Assembly: GCA_942492995.1 (NCBI GenBank)
Contig: OW818653.1
Coordinates: 1,140,001 to 1,172,000, forward strand
Direction of reading: 5' to 3'
Origin: an uncultured Erysipelotrichaceae bacterium
Lineage (GTDB): Bacteria > Bacillota_I > Bacilli_A > Erysipelotrichales > Erysipelotrichaceae
DNA length: 32,000 nucleotides
Shown: in pieces, positions 1 through 8,158 of the stretch
Position numbering within the stretch: position 1 is the stretch's first letter
Layout of the letters: each line of letters begins with the position of its first letter
Notes under the pieces: model-generated
The model's database searches: none
Told to the model about the DNA's origin: nothing
What the model saw: only the letters and a program-made list of their open reading frames with translations
Position numbers and translations under genes: made by a program

Positions 1-1
1 A

Positions 2-760
2 GCTGACTTAAATCTTGTGCTTTATGCAGGACATGGTGAATTCCCACGTGTCATCTACGCTCCAGGAAGATTAGCATCTGGCGTAGAACTTATGGCACGC
101 TCATTCGCAATAGCGGATGAATATCAAATACCAGTATTTATGTTAAGTGATCAATATTGGTTAGAATCACTTGCTCAAACTAAACCAATCACAATCCCAA
201 CAACGTATTCAGAAAATAAAGTCGTAAAGACAAAACGTGATTATAAGCGATATGCACTTGATGAAAGTGGATTATCACCTAGAGGAATACCTGGATATGG
301 TGATGGTTTTGTAAAAGTAGACAGTGATGAACATGATGAAGAAGGTCTATTAACTGAATCATTTGATATGCGTGTAAAAATGCATGAAAAGAGACTTAAT
401 AAGTTTAATTTAATGAAATCCGATATTTTAGAACCGATCATAGAAGGTTCAAAAACTAAAGAGACTTTAATTATTGGTTGGGGTTCTACATACGGTGTTA
501 TATCTGAAATCGTATCTGAAAATCCTAATTTAACCCATGTTCATTTTGAACAAGTCTATCCATTACCAGAATCTGTAGAAGAATTATTAAACAATGCGAA
601 GAAGATTGTGATTATCGAGAATAACGCAACCGGACAATTCGCAAATCTACTTCAGATGACATATGGTATAAAACTCAAAGATCGTATATTGAAATACAAT
701 GGAGAACCATACCATGTGGATGAACTTGAACTCAAACTAAAGGAGAAACTACATGACTAA
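2..760 (+). CDS. 2-oxoacid:ferredoxin oxidoreductase, alpha subunit (C-terminal part; 5' end outside window)
   Basis: The reading frame is open from base 2 to the window edge. The sequence ...GRLASGVELMARSFAIADEYQIPVFMLSDQYW... and the C-terminal domain resemble KorA/OorA-type alpha subunits. The gene overlaps the downstream TPP-binding beta subunit gene by 8 nt. Confidence 0.8.
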   Translation, partial: ADLNLVLYAGHGEFPRVIYAPGRLASGVELMARSFAIADEYQIPVFMLSDQYWLESLAQTKPITIPTTYSENKVVKTKRDYKRYALDESGLSPRGIPGYGDGFVKVDSDEHDEEGLLTESFDMRVKMHEKRLNKFNLMKSDILEPIIEGSKTKETLIIGWGSTYGVISEIVSENPNLTHVHFEQVYPLPESVEELLNNAKKIVIIENNATGQFANLLQMTYGIKLKDRILKYNGEPYHVDELELKLKEKLHD

Positions 761-1601
761 CTTTAACTTTAATTTTGATATCGATATGGCATGGTGCCCA
801 GGCTGTGGTAACTTCCCTATTCGCGAAATGATCATAGAAGCACTTAATGAATTGAACTTAGATCCTACACAAGTTGTATTCTCATCTGGTATTGGCCAAG
901 CCGCTAAAATGCCTCAATACATTGATTCCAACTACTTTAATGGACTACATGGACGTGGATTATCTGTCGCAAGCGCAATCGCAGCTGTAAACCCAGAATT
1001 AACGGTAATTGCGGAAGGTGGGGATGGCGATATGTATGGTGAAGGTGGTAATCACTTTATTCATAATATACGTAGAAATCCTAATTTATTGCATATCGTA
1101 CATGACAATATGGTCTATGGTTTGACAAAAGGACAAGCTGCCCCAACATCTCCAATAGGGCTTGTTACTCCAACACAAATTGATGGTGTATACAACGAAC
1201 CAATTAATCCTATGGCATTAGCTCTATCACTTGGTGCTACATTTGTCGCAAGAGGATTCAGTGGTGATAAACAAAAAACTAAAGAATTAATTAAACAAGC
1301 GATTCTACATAAAGGATATGCAATATTAGATATCTTCCACCCATGTGTTACCTATAACAAGATTAATACATTCGCTTGGTTCAAACGTAATACGTATTGG
1401 TTGGATGAAACACATGATAAATCAAACATTGATGATGCGTTCAAATTAGCATTAAACACAGAAAAATTAGCGTGTGGTATTCTTTATCAAACAAATACAC
1501 AATTGGATTACCATAGTCGTAACCCTTTCTATCAAGGTAATCTAACCCCATTGTATAAACGTAAAAGAGACTTAAAGAAAGTCCAGCAATTACTCGATTA
1601 A
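753..1601 (+). CDS. 2-oxoacid:ferredoxin oxidoreductase, beta (TPP-binding) subunit
   Basis: It has the N-terminal WCPGCGNFPI motif and the TPP-binding GDGD...GGNH motif (AEGGDGDMYGEGGNHFIH). It is translationally coupled to the alpha gene. Substrate specificity cannot be read from the sequence. Confidence 0.85.
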   Translation: MTNFNFNFDIDMAWCPGCGNFPIREMIIEALNELNLDPTQVVFSSGIGQAAKMPQYIDSNYFNGLHGRGLSVASAIAAVNPELTVIAEGGDGDMYGEGGNHFIHNIRRNPNLLHIVHDNMVYGLTKGQAAPTSPIGLVTPTQIDGVYNEPINPMALALSLGATFVARGFSGDKQKTKELIKQAILHKGYAILDIFHPCVTYNKINTFAWFKRNTYWLDETHDKSNIDDAFKLALNTEKLACGILYQTNTQLDYHSRNPFYQGNLTPLYKRKRDLKKVQQLLD

Positions 1602-1605
1602 TAAG

Positions 1606-1630
1606 AAAGCTGATTCAATGAATCAGCTTT
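1606..1630. terminator. bidirectional intrinsic terminator between convergent genes
   Basis: AAAGCTGATTC-aat-GAATCAGCTTT forms a perfect 11-bp hairpin. It is flanked by an A-rich run upstream and TTTTATT downstream. Confidence 0.7.
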
Positions 1631-2733
1631 TATTCTGTTATAGGTTGTTCTTCATCTCCAGATTTATACAATACAATTTTACCAGAATCATGTAAACCTT
1701 TTAATATGGCAAGCGTGATAGGGAACGATAATAAACCCGCAACCCCAAATAGATTTGTCCCAATAAACATCGCGAACAATGTGACGATTGGATGTAAACC
1801 AACTTGATCTCCAACTACTTTAGGTTCTATCACATTACGTATGACTGTCACAACAATGTAGAGTATAAACAATCCAATCCCTAAACCAGTATTCCCTTCC
1901 ATAAAGTTAATAATAACCCATGGAATCATAATACCACCTGTACCCATAATCGGTAACACATCAAATATCGCAATCAAGAACGCTATGATAATCGCTTTAT
2001 CAATACCCAAGATACTAAGACCAATCGCAAGTTCTAAATACGTAATCGACATAATGATAATGTATGATTTAATGTATTTCTTTATTGTTGAACCTAAGAA
2101 CTCTTGAGCATTAAACAATAACGCACGATGTTTAGGTTTCAATTGATTCAATAAGAATGTCACAATTTTTTGATAATCCGTTGTAAAGAAGAATGAAGAG
2201 ATTACAGTAAACAATAGATTAACTAAAAGTGATGGAATCTTAGAAGCGGAATTGGTAATCCAAGATACTGAGAATTCAGAGATATTGGATATAATATTTC
2301 CAAATGTTTGTAAGATATTATTGTTATATTCGACAATTGATTCATAGATTAATGGATCTAATTGTTGAGCTAGTAATAAGAGATTATTTAAGCCATCTTT
2401 TAACCAAGGATAAAGTGTATTTTGATATAAATCAGGTAATGTTTGAAATAATGTTTTGATGTAGTTGAACAATTCAACTCCAAACCACAATAATAAACTT
2501 ATAAATAATGTATAAAACAATAAAATAGTAAAGAATGACACAAACTTCAATGGTATTTTAGTCATTTGATTTAATTTACGAATTAAAGGTTTTAATGTAT
2601 ACGCAATCACAAACCCTATGACAAATGGAAGTATGAGCGGAATGACATAATTAAGTACAAAAAATATACTTAAGCCAATTAAAACAACATATACGATATC
2701 AATGATTACTTTTCTCTTTTTATCGGTCGTCAT
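1630..2733 (-). CDS. AI-2E family transporter (YtvI/PerM-like integral membrane protein)
   Basis: The protein is polytopic and hydrophobic, with the conserved C-terminal block ...PIMGTGGIMIPW...VVGDQVGLHP... typical of the UPF0118/AI-2E family. I moved the start to ATG 2733 (MTTDKKRK), which is preceded by an AAGGGGA Shine-Dalgarno sequence. Confidence 0.7.
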   Translation of the reverse strand: MTTDKKRKVIIDIVYVVLIGLSIFFVLNYVIPLILPFVIGFVIAYTLKPLIRKLNQMTKIPLKFVSFFTILLFYTLFISLLLWFGVELFNYIKTLFQTLPDLYQNTLYPWLKDGLNNLLLLAQQLDPLIYESIVEYNNNILQTFGNIISNISEFSVSWITNSASKIPSLLVNLLFTVISSFFFTTDYQKIVTFLLNQLKPKHRALLFNAQEFLGSTIKKYIKSYIIIMSITYLELAIGLSILGIDKAIIIAFLIAIFDVLPIMGTGGIMIPWVIINFMEGNTGLGIGLFILYIVVTVIRNVIEPKVVGDQVGLHPIVTLFAMFIGTNLFGVAGLLSFPITLAILKGLHDSGKIVLYKSGDEEQPITE

Positions 2734-2811
2734 ACATATCCCCTTATGCATAAAGTTTAACATAATGTCATTAAATTCGATATTAATCTGATGTTAAGAT
2801 GAATAAACAAT

Positions 2812-2847
2812 AAAAAAGTAGACTAAACAATTATATGTTTAATCTAC
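2812..2847 (-). terminator. intrinsic terminator downstream of wrbA
   Basis: On the minus strand, GTAGATTAAACA-tataat-TGTTTAGTCTAC forms a hairpin followed by TTTTTTATT. Confidence 0.7.
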
Positions 2848-2855
2848 TCAATTTC

Positions 2856-3455
2856 TTATTTACTTAATTTACCTGCAATATCAAGTAAACGTCTTACTTG
2901 ATGTTCAACAGCAGGTCTAACATTTTCAACCATCTTACCATCTTGTCCGATCGTAACACTTGTTCCATAAGGATTACCACCCGCTAGACCAACACTCGCG
3001 TCAGTATAACCAGGAGTTACGACAACTGCACCCCAGTGATACATACTTGTATACAAATTCAATAATGTAGCTTCTTGACCACCATGTGGGTTTTGAGCAG
3101 ATGACATCGCACTTACTGCTTTGTTTACAGTCTTACCAGTTGCCCATATGCCACCTTGAATATCAATAAATTGTTTAAATTGTGAAGGAACATTCCCAAA
3201 ACGTGAAGGAACTGAGAATAATATTGCGTCCGCCCAAGTGATATCATCAGATGTAGCGATTGGTGTATTTTTTGTGGCTTCTTGATTCGCTTTCCATGGA
3301 GCTTGTGAATCAATAACAGATTGTGGTGCTAATTCTTGAATTTGACGAACTCTAACTTCTGCACCTAATTTTAATGCTTCTTCTTCAGCCCATTTAGAAA
3401 GCTGTACGTTTGAACCATAAGTACTATAATATATAATCGATAATTTTGTAGACAT
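2856..3455 (-). CDS. wrbA: NAD(P)H:quinone oxidoreductase, WrbA type (flavodoxin-like fold)
   Basis: It is colinear with E. coli WrbA: IIYYSTYGS..., ADAILFSVPSRFGNVPSQFKQFID..GG.W, SSAQNPHGGQE. An AAGGAGA Shine-Dalgarno sequence lies upstream of the ATG. Confidence 0.85.
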   Translation of the reverse strand: MSTKLSIIYYSTYGSNVQLSKWAEEEALKLGAEVRVRQIQELAPQSVIDSQAPWKANQEATKNTPIATSDDITWADAILFSVPSRFGNVPSQFKQFIDIQGGIWATGKTVNKAVSAMSSAQNPHGGQEATLLNLYTSMYHWGAVVVTPGYTDASVGLAGGNPYGTSVTIGQDGKMVENVRPAVEHQVRRLLDIAGKLSK

Positions 3456-3472
3456 TTAGAAATTTCTCCTTC

Positions 3473-3489
3473 TTACTTTTTGTAAGTAA
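3473..3489. promoter_or_regulatory. operator box 1: perfect inverted repeat TTACTT-N5-AAGTAA (YodB/HxlR-family type)
   Basis: TTACTTTTTGTAAGTAA lies between the putative wrbA -10 box and its Shine-Dalgarno sequence. A 15-nt core (ACTTTTTGTAAGTAA) is repeated exactly at 3534-3548. Confidence 0.5.
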
Positions 3490-3493
3490 TTAG

Positions 3494-3522
3494 AGTATAC
3501 GATATGAACATATCCTGAACAA
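3494..3522 (-). promoter_or_regulatory. putative sigma-A promoter of wrbA (TTGTTC-17 nt-TATACT)
   Basis: On the minus strand the -35 TTGTTC is at 3522-3517 and the -10 TATACT is at 3499-3494, with a 17-nt spacer. The promoter is bracketed by the two operator boxes. Confidence 0.45.
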
Positions 3523-3531
3523 GCAATATGC

Positions 3532-3548
3532 TCACTTTTTGTAAGTAA
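3532..3548. promoter_or_regulatory. operator box 2: TCACTT-N5-AAGTAA (one mismatch from box 1)
   Basis: TCACTTTTTGTAAGTAA lies just upstream of the putative -35 of wrbA and shares an identical 15-nt core with box 1. Confidence 0.45.
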
Positions 3549-3550
3549 AT

Positions 3551-3589
3551 AAAAAAGCATCTAACGTAGTGTTAAATGCTATAGATGCT
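3551..3589 (-). terminator. possible terminator at the 3' end of the HxlR gene
   Basis: On the minus strand, AGCATCTA...(18-nt loop)...TAGATGCT is followed by TTTTTT. The large loop makes this a weaker call. Confidence 0.35.
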
Positions 3590-3869
3590 TATCCGCAAAT
3601 CCTTGTATCGATTCAATCGATTGATTCAAATCATGTCCCAATGGTGTTAACTGATAACGACTATTCACATGTTCAATCAAACCCTCTGCTTCAAGTTCTT
3701 TTAAACGCTCTGTTAATACCTTATCACTACATGTTTCTAGACAACCAGCAAGTTCAGTAAATCGCATAGGTTGATCTAAAAGACATCGTAAAATGAGGCC
3801 ATTCCATCGCTTCCCGAGCCATTTAAATACTTTTTCATATTTAGGACAAAGTTTATAATCTACTTTCAT
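3579..3869 (-). CDS. HxlR (MarR/DUF24) family transcriptional regulator
   Basis: The N-terminal CPKYEKVFKWLGKRWNGLILRCLL....RFTEL signature, including the redox-sensing N-terminal Cys position, and the 96-aa length are typical of HxlR/YodB-type regulators. Confidence 0.85.
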   Translation of the reverse strand: MKVDYKLCPKYEKVFKWLGKRWNGLILRCLLDQPMRFTELAGCLETCSDKVLTERLKELEAEGLIEHVNSRYQLTPLGHDLNQSIESIQGFADKHL

Positions 3870-3964
3870 ATTGTAAGTATATCATAATCTTATATTTTCC
3901 CTAATATTATGCATTATAACTGACAAGCATCCAAGCTTATGTTAATTTTATACAAGGTAAAAAA

Positions 3965-4441
3965 ATGTTCAATCAAGCAATTCAATTAATTAAAACACGA
4001 AAATCATTAATGCAGATTATCCTGTTTTTTATTATATTTATGATTATTTACACATTCATTGATCGTAATAATATTAGCTATACAAAAATGTCACAAACTT
4101 ATGGTGATTATCTTGTATACTACAATATATCTCTCAATATTCTAATGTCTTTATTAAGCGCAATATTGTTAATTCTTAGTACCGCAATGGCAACTATTAA
4201 AGGTAAAGAATCAATCAGTTCTAATGTATCCTTCATCTCTGTATTCTTTGGAATACTAACCTATGGATGCACACCATGTGTCATAGCGTTTTTTGGGTCA
4301 ATTGGTATTGCGTTCTCTGTAGCGGTTCTACCTTTAGCTGGATTACCCTATAAAATTATTTCTCTAATTTTAATACTAATTGGATTGGTTTGGACGTATT
4401 ATGAAATAGAACATGGAAAGTGCAAGGTAAAGAAAATATGA
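3965..4441 (+). CDS. small 4-TM membrane protein with an intramembrane C-T-P-C motif (function unknown)
   Basis: There are four hydrophobic segments, and GCTPCV lies inside predicted TM3. The gene is divergent from the HxlR gene and overlaps the next gene by ATGA. Confidence 0.5.
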   Translation: MFNQAIQLIKTRKSLMQIILFFIIFMIIYTFIDRNNISYTKMSQTYGDYLVYYNISLNILMSLLSAILLILSTAMATIKGKESISSNVSFISVFFGILTYGCTPCVIAFFGSIGIAFSVAVLPLAGLPYKIISLILILIGLVWTYYEIEHGKCKVKKI

Positions 4442-4758
4442 AACTAATTCGCTTATTCGCATGGATTTCAAGTTTAGTAATGACTTTTATGATCATCTTC
4501 TCCTTATTAACCGGTAACTTCTTTGAACAAGGTTCTATATTAATGGGACTTGTTTGGGGACAAATGAGTTTAGTTGATTTATATGTTGGTTTCTTCTTGG
4601 TTTATCTTTGGATCTATTATAAAGAAACTCGATTTCTACCAAAAGTAATCTGGGCGATATTATTGATTGTGACAGGAAGCCTAGCAACCGCATTATATAT
4701 TCTTATTGAAAGTTATCGTGCGAAAACAATTGAAGAACTATTAACACAAAAAAAATAG
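4438..4758 (+). CDS. DUF1475-like small membrane protein
   Basis: I chose the start at ATG 4438 (MKLIRLF), which overlaps the upstream stop as ATGA. The pattern ...WGQMSLVDLYVGFFLVYLWIYYKE...GSLATALYIL resembles DUF1475 as I recall it. Confidence 0.5.
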   Translation: MKLIRLFAWISSLVMTFMIIFSLLTGNFFEQGSILMGLVWGQMSLVDLYVGFFLVYLWIYYKETRFLPKVIWAILLIVTGSLATALYILIESYRAKTIEELLTQKK

Positions 4759-4773
4759 GAGTGATCCTATTTT
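4752..4773. terminator. bidirectional terminator between convergent genes
   Basis: AAAATAGGA-gtga-TCCTATTTT forms a hairpin flanked by A and T runs. It overlaps the stop codons of both flanking genes: the TAG of the plus-strand gene (4756-4758) lies in the stem, and the first base of the DegV stop is 4773. Confidence 0.6.
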
Positions 4774-5600
4774 TAATTACCATCTTTTAATATGTATTGG
4801 ATAGCGACACATCCAGGACCACCTTGTGTGATCATTACTGGAGATAATTCTAATACATCGATTTCAATTCCTTGTATACGTTCTTTAATACGTTTGAATG
4901 CTAATTCCGCAACTTCGATATTAAACGCATGTGAGATATAAATCTTATGCGACATAGAAACACCATTTGCGATCATGCGTTCTATAATTTGATCTATAGC
5001 ACTTGTCCAAGTTCTTCCTGATCCAAACTTTTCTAATCTTTCACTACCTTCTACATGTATTACAATTGGTTTAAGTTTTAAGAATCCACCAAGTGTTGCG
5101 GCTAGAGTTGTAATTCTACCACCACGTTTTAAATAATCAAAATCTGTAGGCATTAGGAATGATTGACATGATGTTAGACATTTATTCATTCTTTCTAAAA
5201 TCTCTTCAACATTTTTATCTTTAGATAATGATGCGGCTAGTTCGACAAGATATTTCTGAGTACCAGCCAATGTCTTTGAATTAAAAAGTGTTATACCTTC
5301 AGTATGCATTGAATTTAAAATACCAAGCGCTGAATCATAAGTAGCACTAAGTCCTTTAGTCATCGTAATATGTAATGCATTTTTTGTTTTTTCGTATACT
5401 TCCATGACATCGCCAATAGCAGGTTGTGATGAATTAGGAATCGCATCTTTTACCATTTTGACAAAATCAGCTGATGCCAATTCAAAGTAGTCTCTATAAT
5501 TTTTACCGGATATTGCGACCTGCAAAGGTAATAGTTCTATATCTAATTCGCGAGCTTGGTCTTGACTCATTAAAGAGCCTGTGTCTGTGATTATTTTCAT
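4773..5600 (-). CDS. DegV family fatty-acid-binding protein
   Basis: MKIITDTGS....A.ELDIELLPLQV....Y.D and the 275-aa length are typical of DegV. An AGGAGA Shine-Dalgarno sequence lies upstream. Confidence 0.85.
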   Translation of the reverse strand: MKIITDTGSLMSQDQARELDIELLPLQVAISGKNYRDYFELASADFVKMVKDAIPNSSQPAIGDVMEVYEKTKNALHITMTKGLSATYDSALGILNSMHTEGITLFNSKTLAGTQKYLVELAASLSKDKNVEEILERMNKCLTSCQSFLMPTDFDYLKRGGRITTLAATLGGFLKLKPIVIHVEGSERLEKFGSGRTWTSAIDQIIERMIANGVSMSHKIYISHAFNIEVAELAFKRIKERIQGIEIDVLELSPVMITQGGPGCVAIQYILKDGN

Positions 5601-5682
5601 GATTTCTCCTATAAAAGTATTCTAACATAGTTCGGTCAAAATTGAATGAATTATCCACAATCTTTGGTATGATATACACAAG

Positions 5683-6300
5683 ATGAAAAGCACACATTTG
5701 GTTGAGTTAAGAAAATATGAATTAGTCGATGATTCGAGTCAAGAAATCATTTTTGGATTGAACCAAGAATGGTACAAATCAAAGTGGCAAAAAATGGCTG
5801 GATGTGGTCCAACCGCAGCGAGTAGTCTAATCTATTATCAATTGTCAAACGATATTACGCTTAATAAAGACTCCGCAATCCAATTAATGGAAGTATTATG
5901 GGAATATGTAACACCTGGAATGGGTGGAGTATATAAACGGTCTATGTTTACAGATGGATTAAAGCGGTATTTTGATAAAAATGAGATACAAGCAAAGATT
6001 GAATCAATCGAAATTACAAAAAATAAAAAGACTCGTATGAGTCTTAAAGATACAATCGATTTTTTAGAAAATGGATTAAGTAATAACTCACCCATCGCAT
6101 TTCTAAATCTAGATAATGGCGATGAAGAGAAACTAGATGAATGGCATTGGGTTGTGATAAGTGGAATTGATATTCATGAGGATCATAATCAAGTATTTAT
6201 AAACATTATCGATGATGGTAAGCTATTTGCGATCGACCTTGATTTATGGTTAAGAACAACTAAAAAAGGTGGCGCATTTGTTTACTTTACTATGATTTAA
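5683..6300 (+). CDS. predicted cytoplasmic papain-fold cysteine peptidase (C39-like domain)
   Basis: Candidate catalytic residues appear in C39-like order: Q-x4-C (WQKMAGCGPTAAS), then His (DEWHWVVISG), then Asp (INIIDDG). There is no signal peptide and no fused transporter. Confidence 0.45.
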   Translation: MKSTHLVELRKYELVDDSSQEIIFGLNQEWYKSKWQKMAGCGPTAASSLIYYQLSNDITLNKDSAIQLMEVLWEYVTPGMGGVYKRSMFTDGLKRYFDKNEIQAKIESIEITKNKKTRMSLKDTIDFLENGLSNNSPIAFLNLDNGDEEKLDEWHWVVISGIDIHEDHNQVFINIIDDGKLFAIDLDLWLRTTKKGGAFVYFTMI

Positions 6301-7351
6301 TTTTCTTAAGTAATAAATCTGAATCAAAGCTATGCAATAAGGCTTCATCTTGAGTGATGAGGTCTTTTTTTAATAGATCCAACAACATAGAATCCATACT
6401 AATCATTCCTTCAGAACTTGAAGATGCGATTGTGTTTTTTAATTGGTGTGTTTTAGCTTCACGTATTTGATTACGAACCGCTAGACTGTTGGTCATTACT
6501 TCAAAGACCGGTGCTAATTCACCATTCTTTAAGTGAATAAGTTGTTGAGATATTACTGCTTCAAGAACCATCGATAATTGAAGACGAATTTGTTGTTGCT
6601 GGGATGCTGGAAATACATCCACAATTCGATCAACCGTGTTAGCTGCTCCAAGCGTATGCAATGTCGAAAAGACGAGATGTCCAGTTTCCGCTGCTGTTAT
6701 CGCTAATGAGATTGTTTCTAAGTCACGCATTTCACTAATAAACAATACATTCGGTGCTTGTCTTAGTGCTGATTTAAGCGCTGAAGAACTTGAATCACAA
6801 TCACTTCCAACTTCTCTTTGTGTGACGATACTCTTCTGATGACGGTGAAGATATTCGATTGGATCTTCGATTGTCACAATATGACCTGAACGATTCTTAT
6901 TAATTAAATCTAGGATGACTGCTAAGGTTGATGATTTACCCGCACCTGCTGGGCCACTAATGATAACCAATCCTTTAGTAAGTTCAGAGAAACGTGTTAT
7001 TTCAGTAGGAATACCCAAATCATTCGCAGTAGGAATATCAAACTGTACAAGACGAATAACTGCCGCAAGTGAATTACGTTGATGATATACATTTACTCTT
7101 AATCGTGCTAAATGAGCTAAGGAAAATGAAAAATCATCATCTCCTTTTTGGTCTAAACGTTCCATATTACGATTACCAGCAAGTCGATATAGTTCATCCA
7201 CTACCATATGACAATGATCAGGACCTAACACTTCATTGTCTATACGTGAAACATTATTTTTTACTTTAAATGCGATGGGTGAACCAGCTACGAAAAATAT
7301 ATCAGACGCATCCAGTTCCACAGCTTTTCTAGCAATCTCTTGAATATTCAT
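6290..7351 (-). CDS. pilT: PilT-type (retraction-type) type IV pilus ATPase
   Basis: It is colinear with P. aeruginosa PilT: MNIQEIARKAVELDASDIFF, Walker A GPAGAGKSST, IEDPIE, ALRQAPNVLFISEMRD, His box TGHLVFSTLHT, and AVRNQIREAKTHQL (the AIRNLIRE motif). I set the start at ATG 7351, 5 nt after a GGAGG at 7361-7357. The upstream stop is at 7353-7355. Confidence 0.9.
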   Translation of the reverse strand: MNIQEIARKAVELDASDIFFVAGSPIAFKVKNNVSRIDNEVLGPDHCHMVVDELYRLAGNRNMERLDQKGDDDFSFSLAHLARLRVNVYHQRNSLAAVIRLVQFDIPTANDLGIPTEITRFSELTKGLVIISGPAGAGKSSTLAVILDLINKNRSGHIVTIEDPIEYLHRHQKSIVTQREVGSDCDSSSSALKSALRQAPNVLFISEMRDLETISLAITAAETGHLVFSTLHTLGAANTVDRIVDVFPASQQQQIRLQLSMVLEAVISQQLIHLKNGELAPVFEVMTNSLAVRNQIREAKTHQLKNTIASSSSEGMISMDSMLLDLLKKDLITQDEALLHSFDSDLLLKKIKS

Positions 7352-7352
7352 A

Positions 7353-7778
7353 CTATCCTCCATATACGGGATCACCGTCTTGTGTATAATCTTGGTTATT
7401 TCCAGAAGTTAATTTCCATTCAATTACTTCTAATTCTATCTTCTCATTATTGATAACTTTCAATACAACATTAAGACTTAAATTCTGACTTACTTTAGAA
7501 ACATGAATTATTTGTTTCTCACGATCATATTCCCAATCTTTTATATCATCGAATCCATTAACTTTCTGATTTAAACTATTTTCAATGTTTATGATTAGTA
7601 TATCCATATCCCTTTGAATTGTATAACTCTCAGTTAATAGAGTATTTCCACGTTCAATTGAATGTCTAATGTTTAATGTATTTAGATAACTTAACGTAGA
7701 AAAACTAATGATTAATACCACGATTAATACAGTAAATAATGTAGGAACACCAAACAACGTAATACTGTGTTTTTTCAT
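7353..7778 (-). CDS. small bitopic protein (141 aa), pilin/ComGG-like topology without a prepilin motif
   Basis: I set the start at ATG 7778 (MKKHSITLFGVPTLFTVLIVVLIISF), which is preceded by an AAGGTGG Shine-Dalgarno sequence. It has a short basic N-terminus and a single N-terminal hydrophobic helix followed by a soluble domain. It lacks Gly(-1) and Glu(+5). Confidence 0.6.
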   Translation of the reverse strand: MKKHSITLFGVPTLFTVLIVVLIISFSTLSYLNTLNIRHSIERGNTLLTESYTIQRDMDILIINIENSLNQKVNGFDDIKDWEYDREKQIIHVSKVSQNLSLNVVLKVINNEKIELEVIEWKLTSGNNQDYTQDGDPVYGG

Positions 7779-7780
7779 AC

Positions 7781-8158
7781 TTATTCTACCACCTTTACAA
7801 CATCCCAAGATAATAGTTTTTCACTGTTTAGTGTGAATAAATTTAAAGTATACACATCATATATCCCATTACTCGTCATCTTAATGTGCAGTTGATAATA
7901 ATCAATAGATTCTACTTTATTACCATTTGAATCGAAATTAAGTGTCCAATCATTTGTGTATATTTCTTTCGAATTCTTACTCTGAATATCCTCGGAAATC
8001 ATTACCATCGTTTCTGACATTTTCATCATTGCTTCATTTGACTGATGTTGAGTCATAGAACGTACAAAAATCATATTAGTGACACTTAAACTCACAAAAA
8101 GAATAAGTATACATAACACCATTTCCATCATAAAGAGTCGTTGTGAGTTTTTTTTCAT
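7781..8158 (-). CDS. small bitopic protein (125 aa) with a degenerate prepilin-like N-terminus
   Basis: The N-terminus MKKNSQR-LFMMEMVLCILILFVSL has a Glu at the fifth position after the basic stretch, as in class III signal peptides, but Arg stands where Gly(-1) is expected. It has an ATGA overlap with the upstream gene. Confidence 0.6.
   Translation of the reverse strand: MKKNSQRLFMMEMVLCILILFVSLSVTNMIFVRSMTQHQSNEAMMKMSETMVMISEDIQSKNSKEIYTNDWTLNFDSNGNKVESIDYYQLHIKMTSNGIYDVYTLNLFTLNSEKLLSWDVVKVVE

Noticed and set aside
3569-3760. A 63-aa plus-strand ORF overlapping the HxlR gene, and similar short antisense ORFs at 241-441, 3125-3313, 5503-5697, 5838-6095, 6636-6839, 7069-7269, 21101-21328, 23295-23977, 24754-24984, 25485-25691 and 31491-31868.
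   Set aside because: Each lies entirely within, or largely overlaps, a well-supported gene on the other strand. They lack Shine-Dalgarno sequences and have no recognisable motifs.
7779-7808. The N-terminal extension MGCCKGGRIS of the ORF-track model, considered as a double-glycine leader for the nearby C39-like peptidase.
   Set aside because: The extension would overlap the upstream gene by 28 nt and has no Shine-Dalgarno sequence. ATG 7778 has an AAGGTGG Shine-Dalgarno sequence and gives a normal basic N-terminus followed by a TM helix. A 7-aa GG leader would be far shorter than known C39 substrates.
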